Below, in pieces: positions 1 to 9,299 of a stretch of DNA of 43,932 nucleotides. The stretch is from the NCBI GenBank assembly GCA_041619515.1, contig JBFKDW010000018.1, positions 1-43,932 on the forward strand. The letters are read 5' to 3'. The notes beneath the pieces are model-generated. The model was not told the DNA's origin and searched no databases. It saw only the letters and a program-made list of their open reading frames with translations. This DNA comes from Acidimicrobiia bacterium. GTDB taxonomy: Bacteria > Actinomycetota > Acidimicrobiia > Spongiisociales > SHLN01. Position numbers and translations under genes: made by a program. The first letter of the stretch is position 1, and each line of letters begins with the position of its first letter.

Positions 1-126
1 ACGACGACACAACAGCCGCCGACGACCACCACGACGGCACCGACGTCGCCGAACACCCCCACGACGACACAACAGCCGCCGACGACCACCACGACGGCAC
101 CGACGTCGCCGAACACCCCCACGACG
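1..126 (+). repeat. Perfect 60-bp coding tandem repeat (at least 2 copies, truncated by the window edge)
   Basis: Bases 1-60 and 61-120 are identical, and 121-126 begin a third copy. Confidence 0.95.
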
Positions 127-494
127 GAGAGCTTGCCGGTACGGTCGTGGAGGTCTCGGTCACCGAATTCAGCTTCGAACCGTCGGTGTTCACGGTGACG
201 GCCGGGGAAACGGTCTCATTCGTCGTGACGAACAACGGCCGGGTCGATCACGAGTTCCGAATCACGACCGAGCACGCGGCTCTCGAGCACCTCGAGAGCC
301 ACCAGGGTGACCACGCCGACCATATGACGTCCGAGGACGGTCATCATGCCGAGTCTTTCGTTCTTGTCGCTTCGGGCGCGACCGAGACGATGACGGTTGT
401 CTTCGACCACGACGCCGAGTTCGACATGGCCGGCTGCCTGCTTCCCGGCCACTGGGAGGCCGGACTGCACGCCCCGATGACCATCGAGGGCTAG
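1..494 (+). CDS. Cupredoxin-domain protein with His/Asp-rich repeat linker (5' partial)
   Basis: The frame of ORF 147..494 stays open to the window start (DDTTAADDHHDGTDVAEHPH x2). It ends in a cupredoxin domain with HEFRI and CLLPGHWEAGL type-1 Cu motifs. Confidence 0.85.
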   Translation, partial: DDTTAADDHHDGTDVAEHPHDDTTAADDHHDGTDVAEHPHDGELAGTVVEVSVTEFSFEPSVFTVTAGETVSFVVTNNGRVDHEFRITTEHAALEHLESHQGDHADHMTSEDGHHAESFVLVASGATETMTVVFDHDAEFDMAGCLLPGHWEAGLHAPMTIEG

Positions 495-513
495 GAACGA
501 CATAGGGGAACAC

Positions 514-1608
514 ATGGTGACCAACGCCAACCCGAACCCGGAGGCCATCTTCGAAGGCGGCCAGCGTGTGCTGGTGTACAGCCTGGTATCGGTGAGTGGC
601 CTGTTCCTCATCATGATGGCGCTTCCGTTCCTACTGGGAAGCGGCCCGGCCGACGAGGCTCTGGCCGACGATGGCGTCCGAGAGATCGAGGTGATCCTCA
701 CCGAATTCACGATCCAGCCGACGAGCTTCGCCTTCGATGCAGGTGACCGGGTCAAGTTCGTCATCGAAAACCGCGGCGGGGTGGTGCACGAGTTTCGACT
801 GACCTCATTGTCCTCGGCCACCGCCCACGCTGAGGGAGGTCACGAAGGGCACCATGACTCGGAGGCCGGCACCGATGAAGCCGGCGATGTGTTGCTGCTG
901 GTCAATCCCAAGCAGACCGAGACCCTCGAGGTCACGTTCGATGAACATTCGGTCTTCGATTTGGCGGCCTGTCTGCTCCCCGGTCACTTCGAGGCCGGCA
1001 TGACCAGCCCTCTCAGCATCGCCGGCGTGATGGTGCACGCCGACGACGCCCACGACCACGCCACCGACGACCACGCCACCGACGACCACACCACCGACGC
1101 CGCCCACGATGACGACCACGCTACCGACGACCACACCACCGACGCCGCCCACGATGACGACCACGCCATGGATGACACCACCGACGCCGCCCACGATGAC
1201 GACCACGCCATGGATGACATGACCGACGACGCCCACGATGACGACCACGCCATGGATGACATGCCTACGGCGGATCGGGAGATCTTCATCTTCATGGACG
1301 AGTTCGCATTCGATCCATCCAACATCGAGGTTGCCCGCGGTGAAACCGTGAGCTTCACCATCATCAACGCCGGCCAACTGGCGCACGAATTTCGCTTCAC
1401 GACCGAGCACGTCGCCCTGGAGCACGTCGCCGGCGGTGACGGCCATCACACCGGCGACGATGGCGATCTTGTCGTTGCGCTCGAGCCGGGCGCAGCAGGG
1501 ACGCTCGTCGTCCACTTCGACGAGGCCATCGAATTCGACACGATCGCCTGTTTCCTGGACGATCACTACGAATCGGGCCTATCGGCCCCGCTGACGGTCA
1601 CATCCTGA
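514..1608 (+). CDS. Membrane-anchored double-cupredoxin protein with His/Asp/Met-rich linker
   Basis: N-terminal hydrophobic helix, two cupredoxin domains (HEFRL...CLLPGHFEAGM and HEFRF...CFLDDHYESGL), and AGGGGA upstream of the ATG. Confidence 0.88.
   Translation: MVTNANPNPEAIFEGGQRVLVYSLVSVSGLFLIMMALPFLLGSGPADEALADDGVREIEVILTEFTIQPTSFAFDAGDRVKFVIENRGGVVHEFRLTSLSSATAHAEGGHEGHHDSEAGTDEAGDVLLLVNPKQTETLEVTFDEHSVFDLAACLLPGHFEAGMTSPLSIAGVMVHADDAHDHATDDHATDDHTTDAAHDDDHATDDHTTDAAHDDDHAMDDTTDAAHDDDHAMDDMTDDAHDDDHAMDDMPTADREIFIFMDEFAFDPSNIEVARGETVSFTIINAGQLAHEFRFTTEHVALEHVAGGDGHHTGDDGDLVVALEPGAAGTLVVHFDEAIEFDTIACFLDDHYESGLSAPLTVTS
1036..1263 (+). repeat. Degenerate 42-45-bp coding tandem repeat (DAAHDDDHA[T/M]DD(H)TT-like, about 4 copies)
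   Basis: Recurrent gcccacgatgacgaccacgc units are directly visible. Confidence 0.9.
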
Positions 1609-1633
1609 AGACCACTCTGATGGCCTGCCGGGC

Positions 1634-2035
1634 TCAGGGCGGATAGGGCTCGAAGCCTTCCCGTGATTGAGTGTCTCTCACGAGAGTGACAATCGCCGCG
1701 ACGTCCTCGTCGCTGACCCCTTCGACCGGCTTCATATCACCGAACCTCCAGTGGTGCGCCGTGACGCCCCTTTGTACCGCAAGCAGGAAGGCGATGTCAG
1801 CATGGTGATCTGGTTCATAGACGCTCGACAAGAACGAGGGTCCCTGATCCGTCCCGCGCAGATCAGGCCCATGGCAGGACGCACAGGAAGCGGCGTAGAC
1901 CTCAGCTCCCCTGGAGAGGACCGACGCGTCGGGCGGTCCGGCATCAGTGGTGGTGGTGCCCCCGCCGCATGCCGCCGCTGCAACGGCGAGGACCAACGCC
2001 GGCGCCACCCGAATGTGCGCTCCCCTTCGGTTCAC
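1634..2035 (-). CDS. Monoheme cytochrome c lipoprotein
   Basis: Lipobox-like AAAAC followed by a Thr linker, CASCH heme-binding motif and distal Met (FGDMKP). Confidence 0.88.
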   Translation of the reverse strand: MNRRGAHIRVAPALVLAVAAAACGGGTTTTDAGPPDASVLSRGAEVYAASCASCHGPDLRGTDQGPSFLSSVYEPDHHADIAFLLAVQRGVTAHHWRFGDMKPVEGVSDEDVAAIVTLVRDTQSREGFEPYPP

Positions 2036-2165
2036 CTGGACCCCAGCCGTTCGTGGGCGGTCATGAATGCCCGCGTTCAGGTCTCATGGGACGCTCAAGC
2101 TGATTGCATCGACCATGCAAGAACCCCAGAGCAGGGACTGTGCCCTATCGCAGATTGGAAACGAG

Positions 2166-2807
2166 TCACAGCTCGATGTCGCAGGGGACCGACTCTGGGC
2201 CGCGTTGGCGATACACCTCTATGAACTCGGAAAGCCCGGGGCCGACGCCTTCGAACCGCTGGAGGCGGTGCCAGGCCGTCGCCACAATCGGTTCACTGAT
2301 CCCAGGATTCGGGGCGGCGATGACATGCGAATCCCACTGACCCAATAGTGCTCGCAACTCGGGCAACAAGCTCTCCTCGAGGTCTGGTCGATACCACACC
2401 ACCACCACGCCGTGCTCCAAGCTGTGCACCGCGAACTCGAGAGGAAGGCCGCCCGTGATCAATCCGCACCGGGCCGACGCGACGGCGTGGGCTCCGCTGG
2501 TGGGCGTGGGGGTCGGATAGTCGACGGATTCGGATGGATCAACATGACCCGAACCAAGGTCTGGTGGACGTTCGACACCCGCGATTTCGGGGTCCGGTCT
2601 TAATTGATTGAAGAGCAGCAACCCCACAATCCCCAGGGCGAGAACGCCGGCGGCGCCATACCCAGCCCTCCGCATCCTGGCCTTTCGAGCTTCTAGAGCG
2701 CGCTGCTTGGCCTCCTGCCGTTGCCTCTCTGCCCTGCGTGCCTTCTTCGCGCCCGCTTTCTCGGCGTCTGGCTTGCGGGGACTCGGCTTCTGCTGTCTTT
2801 TCGACAC
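2166..2807 (-). CDS. DUF3105-family membrane-anchored protein
   Basis: Basic N-terminus, one TM helix, and PTSGAH, VHSLEHGVVVVWY and IVATAW motifs. Confidence 0.8.
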   Translation of the reverse strand: MSKRQQKPSPRKPDAEKAGAKKARRAERQRQEAKQRALEARKARMRRAGYGAAGVLALGIVGLLLFNQLRPDPEIAGVERPPDLGSGHVDPSESVDYPTPTPTSGAHAVASARCGLITGGLPLEFAVHSLEHGVVVVWYRPDLEESLLPELRALLGQWDSHVIAAPNPGISEPIVATAWHRLQRFEGVGPGLSEFIEVYRQRGPESVPCDIEL

Positions 2808-3190
2808 GGCCGCATCCTAAGCGGTCTTCAGCCCTACCCACGACCAGCTGCAGTAGCCCAGCCGGACCCAGCGGGCGTCACGCTCAGCGTCCCCTTCTTC
2901 TCTGCTCAGCTTCGGTCCAAGCTCGATCGAATTGGCGGCGACGAATGAGCGATGGCGGCTCGCTGGACGAAATGACTGATGACTCGGCGATGGACGGTGA
3001 GACGGCCAGGGCGTAACTTCTCCGACAACGCGTAGCATGCGGGCAGGTTGGGGACGACGTGCCCGCAATAGGAGGGTGTCGTTCGGCGAAGCTCCGGCGA
3101 GAATCCGGTGGCTGCGACACCCGCCCGGGGCGTGACGGGCGGGCGCTCGGCGCACTACTGCAAGCAAGGCTGTCGTCCCTTTGCATTCCC

Positions 3191-5248
3191 CTACTGATCA
3201 GGGTCGAGGTCAATTCGCCGCAGGAGCATCGCATTGACGGCAACGATGACGGTCGACACGCTCATGAATAGCGCCCCCACCGCAGGTGAGAGCAAGATGC
3301 CCGCCGAGTAGGCGACTCCTGCAGCAAGGGGCAACGCCACCGCGTTGTAGCCCGTTGCCCAGGCGAGATTCTGGATCATCTTCCGGTGGGTTGCCCGGGA
3401 AAGCGTCAGCGCCCGGGCGACATCGGACGGGTCATCCTCGACGAGAACGAGATCGGCCGATTCGATGGCGACGTTCGTGCCCGCTCCGATTGCCACCCCG
3501 AGATCGGCCTCGAGAAGGGCAGGGGCGTCGTTGATGCCGTCGCCTACGAAGGCGGTGGAGCCTTCGGCCGAGAGCTCGCGCACGATCCGTGCTTTGTCTT
3601 GCGGCAGGACCCGGGCGTAGTAGCGGACTATGCCCAAATCTACTGCGACCGTTTTGGCCACTGCTTCGGCATCGCCGGTGATCATGATCGGCTCGATCCC
3701 GGCGGACCGGAGTCGGTCGACCGTCTCGCGCGCACCATTCCGAACCTTGTCGGCCATCGCAATGACGGCAATGGCCTCGCGGCCATCCATGGTCACAACT
3801 GCGCTTTCCCCTCGTTGGTCCGCCCGCTCGAGCTCCTGTTGGAGCGCTGGTGCGAGCTGAACTCCGAGTTCCATCGCCCACTCGGGTCGGCCGACCCGCA
3901 GCCGTCGACCGTCTACCTTGCCTTCGAGGCCCTGACCCGGCACTGCTCGGACATCTTCCCCGATCGAAGGAGTTATCCCGCGGCTCGCAGCCTCCTCGAC
4001 AATCGCTGCTGCCAAGGGATGCTCGGACGACCGCTCGAGGGACGCCGTGAGCATGAGGGCTTCCTGCTCCGGCACACCGTTCGTGGCGACGCGGGAAACG
4101 ACGAAACGCCCTTCGGTGAGAGTCCCGGTCTTATCGAAGGCAACGAACCGGATATTCCGCCCCCGCTCGAACGCCTCGCGGTTTCGGACCAGTATGCCGT
4201 TTCGCGCCGAGATGGCGGTGGCGTTCATGTTTACCAGCGGTATGGCGAGCCCCAGCGCGTGAGGGCAGGCGATGACGAGCACCGTCACCGCCCGCGCCAC
4301 CGCAAAGGTGGCGCCGGACGAGCCGAACACGAGCCATCCTCCGAGGGTCGGTAGGGACACACCGACCGCGATGATCGTGAGCCAGTAAGCCGCTCGATCG
4401 GCGAGCACCTGAAACCGGCTGCGTGAGGCTTGAGCCTCCTCCACCAGGCGCATGATCTGGCTGAGCGTGGTCTCGTCGCCCGTGCGGGTGATCACGACCG
4501 TCACTGCACCCTCTCCGTTGACGGCACCGGCCACCGCCTCGTCCCCCACCGATTTGGCTACCGGGCGTGATTCGCCGGTGAGGAATGCCTCGTTCATGCT
4601 CGAAGCTCCCTCCGCTACTTCCCCGTCGGCGGGCACTTGCTCGCCTGGGCGGACGACGATGCGATCACCGATGGTGAGCGCTGCAACCGGTACCTCGGTA
4701 ATCGTGCCGTCGTCGGCAACGAGGTGAGCGGTGTCGGGCACCATGGAGGCGAGATGAGCCAGGGCCCGGCTGGCGGATTGCACCGAGCGCATCTCCAACC
4801 AATGCCCCAGCAACATCACGTCGAGCAGCGTGGCCAGCTCCCAGTAGAAGGGCTTGCCAGACAGGCCGAGCGAGACGGCCAGGCTGTAGACGTACGCCAC
4901 GGTGATTGCAATTGAGATGAGCGTCATCATTCCGGGCGCCCGGTCCCGGAGCTCCCGATACCCACCCTGAAGGAACACACTGCCTGCGTAGACGAACAGG
5001 ATGGTCGAGAGAACGGGTACGACCAATCCGTCACCGGGGAACGACACCGCCTGGTAGTTGAACCAGTCTTGAAACTGCTCCGACAGGTATAGGATTGGCA
5101 CCGTCAGGGCAAGGCTCACCCACAGCCGATCCCGAAACATCTCCGGAGAGTGGCCCTCGTGTTTGTCGTGCGCGGCTGCATGGGAGTGGCGGCCGGCCGT
5201 CTCCGACTTCGCTGTGGGCACGGTCACCCCGTGTGTGTGCTCGGTCAT
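3191..5248 (-). CDS. copB: Copper-translocating P1B-type ATPase (CPH / P1B-3 subclass)
   Basis: His-rich N-terminus, TGES, CPHALGLA, DKTGTLT, SEHPLA, GDGINDAP, YN and MSVST motifs. Start set at ATG 5248, which follows GGAGGA. Confidence 0.93.
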   Translation of the reverse strand: MTEHTHGVTVPTAKSETAGRHSHAAAHDKHEGHSPEMFRDRLWVSLALTVPILYLSEQFQDWFNYQAVSFPGDGLVVPVLSTILFVYAGSVFLQGGYRELRDRAPGMMTLISIAITVAYVYSLAVSLGLSGKPFYWELATLLDVMLLGHWLEMRSVQSASRALAHLASMVPDTAHLVADDGTITEVPVAALTIGDRIVVRPGEQVPADGEVAEGASSMNEAFLTGESRPVAKSVGDEAVAGAVNGEGAVTVVITRTGDETTLSQIMRLVEEAQASRSRFQVLADRAAYWLTIIAVGVSLPTLGGWLVFGSSGATFAVARAVTVLVIACPHALGLAIPLVNMNATAISARNGILVRNREAFERGRNIRFVAFDKTGTLTEGRFVVSRVATNGVPEQEALMLTASLERSSEHPLAAAIVEEAASRGITPSIGEDVRAVPGQGLEGKVDGRRLRVGRPEWAMELGVQLAPALQQELERADQRGESAVVTMDGREAIAVIAMADKVRNGARETVDRLRSAGIEPIMITGDAEAVAKTVAVDLGIVRYYARVLPQDKARIVRELSAEGSTAFVGDGINDAPALLEADLGVAIGAGTNVAIESADLVLVEDDPSDVARALTLSRATHRKMIQNLAWATGYNAVALPLAAGVAYSAGILLSPAVGALFMSVSTVIVAVNAMLLRRIDLDPDQ

Positions 5249-5302
5249 GGCTGCTCCTCCAACGAGTTGAAGACGGATGCGGATCCGAAAGGATGTCCCA
5301 CA

Positions 5303-5334
5303 GTTATACACCTTCTAGTCGACTGGAATGTCAA
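5303..5334 (-). promoter_or_regulatory. MerR-type promoter of copB: TTGACA, 20-bp spacer with dyad operator, TATAAC
   Basis: The minus strand reads TTGACA ttccagtcgactagaaggtg TATAAC. The spacer holds the near-perfect palindrome TTCYAGTCGACTRGAA (5313-5328). Confidence 0.85.
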
Positions 5335-5420
5335 GCGATTCGCAGGGAGAGCCACCGGCAGCGTCCCCGGTAAAAGCGAAGATCGGCTCAGATCGTCTGA
5401 CCCACTCACCGCTGGAAGAA

Positions 5421-5882
5421 TCAGCTATGTGCGCCGGGCGCCTCGTGTAGATGCCTCGAACCGCCGAGACGCGTCGGCATCATCCCGGTCTCGGCAATCG
5501 TCTGACATCGATGGGGATCCGTGCACTCGGAGGGATCGAGTCGGCGGGCGCGCTTCGTCAAGGTGGCCAACTTCCCGCGCGTCTCCTGCAGCACGGCGAT
5601 GTGGTGGTCGATGTCCTCGAGATGGGATTCCAGCAGCCCCAGCACGTGATCACACGTCGACTCGCCCTCGTCACGCAACGACAGGATCGAGCTGATCTCG
5701 GCCAGGCTGAGACCGGTCGCCCGGGCGTCGCGGACGAACTTCAGTCGCTCGACGGCTGCTGCCCCATAATCGCGGTACCCGTTGGCGGCTCGCTCGGGAC
5801 GGGGAAGCACCTCGATTTCCTCGTAGTAGCGGATCGTCTTCGTGGTAACGCCCGCCTGCTGCGACAGCTCGCCGATCCTCAT
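5421..5882 (-). CDS. MerR-family heavy-metal-responsive transcriptional regulator
   Basis: MRIGEL...TIRYYE...NGYRDY HTH, a Cys at the start of the dimerisation helix (STCDH) and a C-terminal CTDPHRC. Confidence 0.92.
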   Translation of the reverse strand: MRIGELSQQAGVTTKTIRYYEEIEVLPRPERAANGYRDYGAAAVERLKFVRDARATGLSLAEISSILSLRDEGESTCDHVLGLLESHLEDIDHHIAVLQETRGKLATLTKRARRLDPSECTDPHRCQTIAETGMMPTRLGGSRHLHEAPGAHS

Positions 5883-5889
5883 CACCACG

Positions 5890-5922
5890 ATCTTAATCCG
5901 AGCCTCCGGTTGACTGGAAGGT
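5890..5922 (-). promoter_or_regulatory. Probable leaderless promoter (-10 TAAGAT) of the merR gene with a second operator copy
   Basis: TAAGAT lies 7 nt upstream of ATG 5882. Sequence 5902-5922 (gcctccggttgactggaaggt) resembles the copB operator (ccttctagtcgactggaatgt). Confidence 0.6.
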
Positions 5923-6040
5923 TGGCCAGCGGGCGGACCGCGTATGGCATGGATTGCACGTCAGAAATGCCAGGTCGACGAACCGGGCACGGGTATGGTG
6001 CCAACCCCTCGCAGAGAGACTTCCCCACGTGTCCAGATGG

Positions 6041-6964
6041 ATGTCATCCAAGGCGCGTTTGCTCGCGCTCGTGCTCGCAGGACTGGCGGGCTCAGCCTCC
6101 TATGTCGTCCAGCCGGGTGACACGCTGGGCGCCATCGCCGGCAGGCTGGGCACAAGCGTCGGGCAGTTGGCCGAACTCAACGGTCTCCACGACCCCGACC
6201 GCATCTTCCCGGGTCAGGTCCTGGAAACCGGACCCGCTACGACGCCGACGCCACCAAACGGTGGAACCAGCCATCTGGTGAAACAGGGTGAGACCCTGTC
6301 GGGCATCGCTGCGGCCCATGGAGTCGACGCCGGAACCCTCGTGATGGCCAACGGCATCGTCAATGGGAAGGTGATTGTCGGGACGCGAATCCAACTGACG
6401 CCGCACCCGGTGCCGTTCGACCCGGCTGGGTACGGGCAAACTCATGTCGTTGCATCCGGCGAAGAGCTGGCCGCGATCGCCTTGAACCACAGCACCACAG
6501 TGGGGCAGCTGATGACTCTCAACCATATCCACGAAGGGGAAGGGCTCGAGCCTGGTCGCGTCCTGACGATCGCGGCCGGCTGGCAGTGCCCGGTCCCCGC
6601 CGGGCAGTTCTCCAACGACTGGGGATGGGTCAAGCCCGACGGCCGAACCCATGAGGGCATCGACATCTTCGCCAACCGCGGAGCTTCGATCGTTGCTCCC
6701 ATCGACGGCCATCTCCATCAGGAGGAGGGGCCGGTAGGCGGGTTGCAGTTCACGCTGTGGGGCACCGATGGGGTCCGGTACTTCGGGTCGCATATGGAAT
6801 CGTTTGGAGCGAGCGGCGATGTCCGGGCAGGAGACGTCATCGGAGCCGTCGGGACCAGCGGCAACGCGGCGGGGACCAGTCCCCACCTACATTTCGAGGT
6901 ACACCCCGGAGACGGGGAGCGGTCGGCCAACCCGTACCCAATGCTCCTCAGATCGTGTGAATGA
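6041..6964 (+). CDS. LysM-repeat M23 family metallopeptidase
   Basis: Signal peptide, three LysM-like repeats (YVVQPGDTL, HLVKQGETL, HVVASGEEL), and M23 motifs HEGID and HLHFEV. Start codon is uncertain. Confidence 0.9.
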   Translation: MSSKARLLALVLAGLAGSASYVVQPGDTLGAIAGRLGTSVGQLAELNGLHDPDRIFPGQVLETGPATTPTPPNGGTSHLVKQGETLSGIAAAHGVDAGTLVMANGIVNGKVIVGTRIQLTPHPVPFDPAGYGQTHVVASGEELAAIALNHSTTVGQLMTLNHIHEGEGLEPGRVLTIAAGWQCPVPAGQFSNDWGWVKPDGRTHEGIDIFANRGASIVAPIDGHLHQEEGPVGGLQFTLWGTDGVRYFGSHMESFGASGDVRAGDVIGAVGTSGNAAGTSPHLHFEVHPGDGERSANPYPMLLRSCE

Positions 6965-7015
6965 TCCTCGCCCGCACGGACGAGAGCACACCAAGAAACG
7001 TCGCCGCCGGCAGCG

Positions 7016-7666
7016 CTAGCTGGTCGCCCAGTCCTCTGGAGCGGTCGGGACGGCGACCGTCGAGACCAGGCCGGGAGCCCCCTCAGCCGGGACAAATCCA
7101 CCCTCGGTCCAAATACCCGCTGCTACGGCGACGGAACTGCGTCCGTGGTCGGAGGAGCCCCATTCGACGTAGCTGCGAATGGCCGAGGCGCTGCCAAATG
7201 CGTTCTCGGCGTAGAGAGCAATCTCGCCGCCGGAGGCGCTGAATCGTCCGAAGCGCCCGTTGGCATCGATTACCTGGCCCGTCAATTCGGCCACATCCCC
7301 TCCGGTGGTGAAATGGACCGTCTCGCCCGGCGCCACCTCGACCGGGCCGATGGCGTAATAGGCGGGTCGCTGGCAAAGCTGCCAACCGTCCAGACTGCCT
7401 GCCGTGCCGCCGACGTTGGAGACGGACACATAGCCACCGTCCCCGAACACCACCCGGCTGATCACCAACAGGGCGTCGGTGGCCGAGTTATCGCCGGACG
7501 TCGTATCGGTGCTCCCACCAGTGGCGGTGGTTGAGGTCGCATCACCGGACGTGGTGGTCACGTCGTTGCCGCCCGTTGCGGACGTCGTCGTCGTCGAGTT
7601 GGAATCCGAGCTGCCGCAGGCGGCGGCGATCAGGACAACGACCACGAGTGTCACAAACCGTCTCAT
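7016..7666 (-). CDS. Lipoprotein with Thr/Ser linker and lamin-tail-like domain
   Basis: Lipobox IAAAC, Thr-rich linker, and LVISRV...VSNVGG...LDGWQL...APGETV resembling a lamin-tail domain. Confidence 0.65.
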   Translation of the reverse strand: MRRFVTLVVVVLIAAACGSSDSNSTTTTSATGGNDVTTTSGDATSTTATGGSTDTTSGDNSATDALLVISRVVFGDGGYVSVSNVGGTAGSLDGWQLCQRPAYYAIGPVEVAPGETVHFTTGGDVAELTGQVIDANGRFGRFSASGGEIALYAENAFGSASAIRSYVEWGSSDHGRSSVAVAAGIWTEGGFVPAEGAPGLVSTVAVPTAPEDWATS

Positions 7667-7740
7667 GGCAGGCACCCTACCGGCAGGAGGTGATTACGGC
7701 ACCAACACCCGGCGACAGGCACACCGGGTAGCCTCCGCAG

Positions 7741-8664
7741 ATGCTCAAGTCGCAACCCACCATCGAGCTGGTCGGCGCACCCCAGGACCTGGGTCAGTTT
7801 CATCGCGGCGTGGACATGGGACCGAGCGCGGTGCGGGTCGCCGGCGTCATCGAACGTCTCGAGTTCCTCGGTTTCGAGGTCATCGATCGAGGAAATATCG
7901 ATTGCGCGGCCATGGCCACCGCCACGGAGGGGGACCCTACGGCCCGATTCCTCGAGCACGTCGTACGAGACTCCGAATCACTCGCCGCTGAGGTCGAGTC
8001 GGTGGTGCGGGCCGGGCACTTTCCCCTCGTGATCGGCGGCGATCATTCGATCGCGATCGGAACCATGGGCGGCGTCGCCGCCGTCGAGCCGCGCCAGGGC
8101 CTGCTGTGGATCGATGCCCACGCCGACTTCAACACCCCGGAGACGAGCCCCAGCGGAAACATTCATGGAATGCCGGTGGCCGCCATTCTCGGAGAGGGCC
8201 CGGTGGAACTGGCCCGGGTGGCCGGAGTGAGCCCAAAAGCCCTTGGGGATCACTGCGTGATCATTGGATTGCGGAGTGTGGATCGGGCCGAAGCCGAGCG
8301 GCTCAAGGCCTCCGACATCACCTACTTCACCATGCACGACGTCGACTTGCGCGGAGTTCAGGCCATCATGGAGGAGTCGTTCTCGATCCTGACCGCCGAC
8401 GGGGTCGACCGGGTCCACCTGTCATTCGACGCCGACGCCATCGATCCCCGCCATGCTCCTGGCACCGGCACACCCGTTGTGGGTGGCTTCACCTACCGGG
8501 AAAGCCACCTCATGATGGAACTGCTCTCAGAGGCCGACATCATCACCTCCGCGGAGTTCACCGAGGTCAACCCGATCCTGGACGACCGGAACCAGACGGC
8601 CGAGCTCATCGTCGAGCTGATCGGCTCCCTGGCAGGCCAGCGGATCGTCAAACCCGGCACCTAG
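7741..8664 (+). CDS. rocF: Arginase
   Basis: GGDHS, DAHAD, SPSGNIHGMP, SFDADAIDP, GTGTPV and EVNP ureohydrolase motifs. Confidence 0.93.
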   Translation: MLKSQPTIELVGAPQDLGQFHRGVDMGPSAVRVAGVIERLEFLGFEVIDRGNIDCAAMATATEGDPTARFLEHVVRDSESLAAEVESVVRAGHFPLVIGGDHSIAIGTMGGVAAVEPRQGLLWIDAHADFNTPETSPSGNIHGMPVAAILGEGPVELARVAGVSPKALGDHCVIIGLRSVDRAEAERLKASDITYFTMHDVDLRGVQAIMEESFSILTADGVDRVHLSFDADAIDPRHAPGTGTPVVGGFTYRESHLMMELLSEADIITSAEFTEVNPILDDRNQTAELIVELIGSLAGQRIVKPGT

Positions 8665-8700
8665 CTCCATCATCCGCGGGAATAGTCGCCGCCGTAGACA

Positions 8701-8716
8701 AGTTGCAGTTGCAACT
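8701..8716. promoter_or_regulatory. Inverted repeat AGTTGCA-N2-TGCAACT, candidate repressor (MarR-like) site
   Basis: Perfect 7-bp dyad about 20 bp upstream of the YceI-family gene. Confidence 0.6.
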
Positions 8717-8735
8717 ATCACGCGAGGAGAACACT

Positions 8736-9299
8736 GTGACACTGACACGCGAAGTCGAGGGGCGCCAGGTCCCGGCCCCCGGCACCTACGTCATCGACCC
8801 GACGCACACGAGGATCGAGGCCATCGCCCGCCATCTCATGGTCACGAAGGTACGCGGCCACTTCGCCGAGTACGAGGGCACTATCACCGTCGACGAGGAT
8901 CCCACCAGGTCGACCGTCGAGCTCACGCTCAAAGCCGACTCGATCACGACCGGTGTCGACGACCGCGACAGCCACCTGCGTTCCCCCGACTTCCTCGACG
9001 TCGAAAACCATCCGACGCTCACGTTCCGGAGCACAGGTGTCGTTCCCAACGATGACTCGTGGGTCCTGAACGGCGACCTCACCATCGCCGGCAAGACCAA
9101 CCCCATCAGCCTCGACCTCGAATTCCTCGGGGTGGTCGCCGATCCGTGGGGCAACGCAAAATCCGCCTTCGCCGCTTCCGGCGAGTTCAACCGGCGCGAC
9201 TTCGGCCTCAGCTGGAACGTACCGCTGGACGGGGGCGGTGTGCTCGTCTCCGAAGTCTTGAAGCTGGAGATCGAAGCGCAGCTCGCGCAACAGACGTGA
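8736..9299 (+). CDS. YceI-family protein
   Basis: GTYVIDPTHT, HLMVTKVRGHF, RDSHLRSPDFLD and RRDFGLSWN motifs. GAGGAG precedes GTG 8736; this is the C-terminal part of ORF 8106..9299. Confidence 0.9.
   Translation: MTLTREVEGRQVPAPGTYVIDPTHTRIEAIARHLMVTKVRGHFAEYEGTITVDEDPTRSTVELTLKADSITTGVDDRDSHLRSPDFLDVENHPTLTFRSTGVVPNDDSWVLNGDLTIAGKTNPISLDLEFLGVVADPWGNAKSAFAASGEFNRRDFGLSWNVPLDGGGVLVSEVLKLEIEAQLAQQT

Noticed and set aside
805..1566. Val/Gly-rich and Ser/Trp-rich repeat ORFs on the minus strand
   Set aside because: Antisense readings of the His/Asp repeat in the cupredoxin gene.
2808..3190. Short ORFs or a gene remnant between DUF3105 and copB (for example MSDGGSLDEMTDDSAMDG)
   Set aside because: No recognisable motif or convincing RBS in any frame; left as unexplained intergenic DNA.
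8106..8735. N-terminal extension of the YceI ORF (similar extensions occur on the ppc, HMG-CoA lyase, HD-GYP and YbjQ ORFs)
   Set aside because: The extensions overlap neighbouring real genes and have low-complexity composition; better starts lie downstream.
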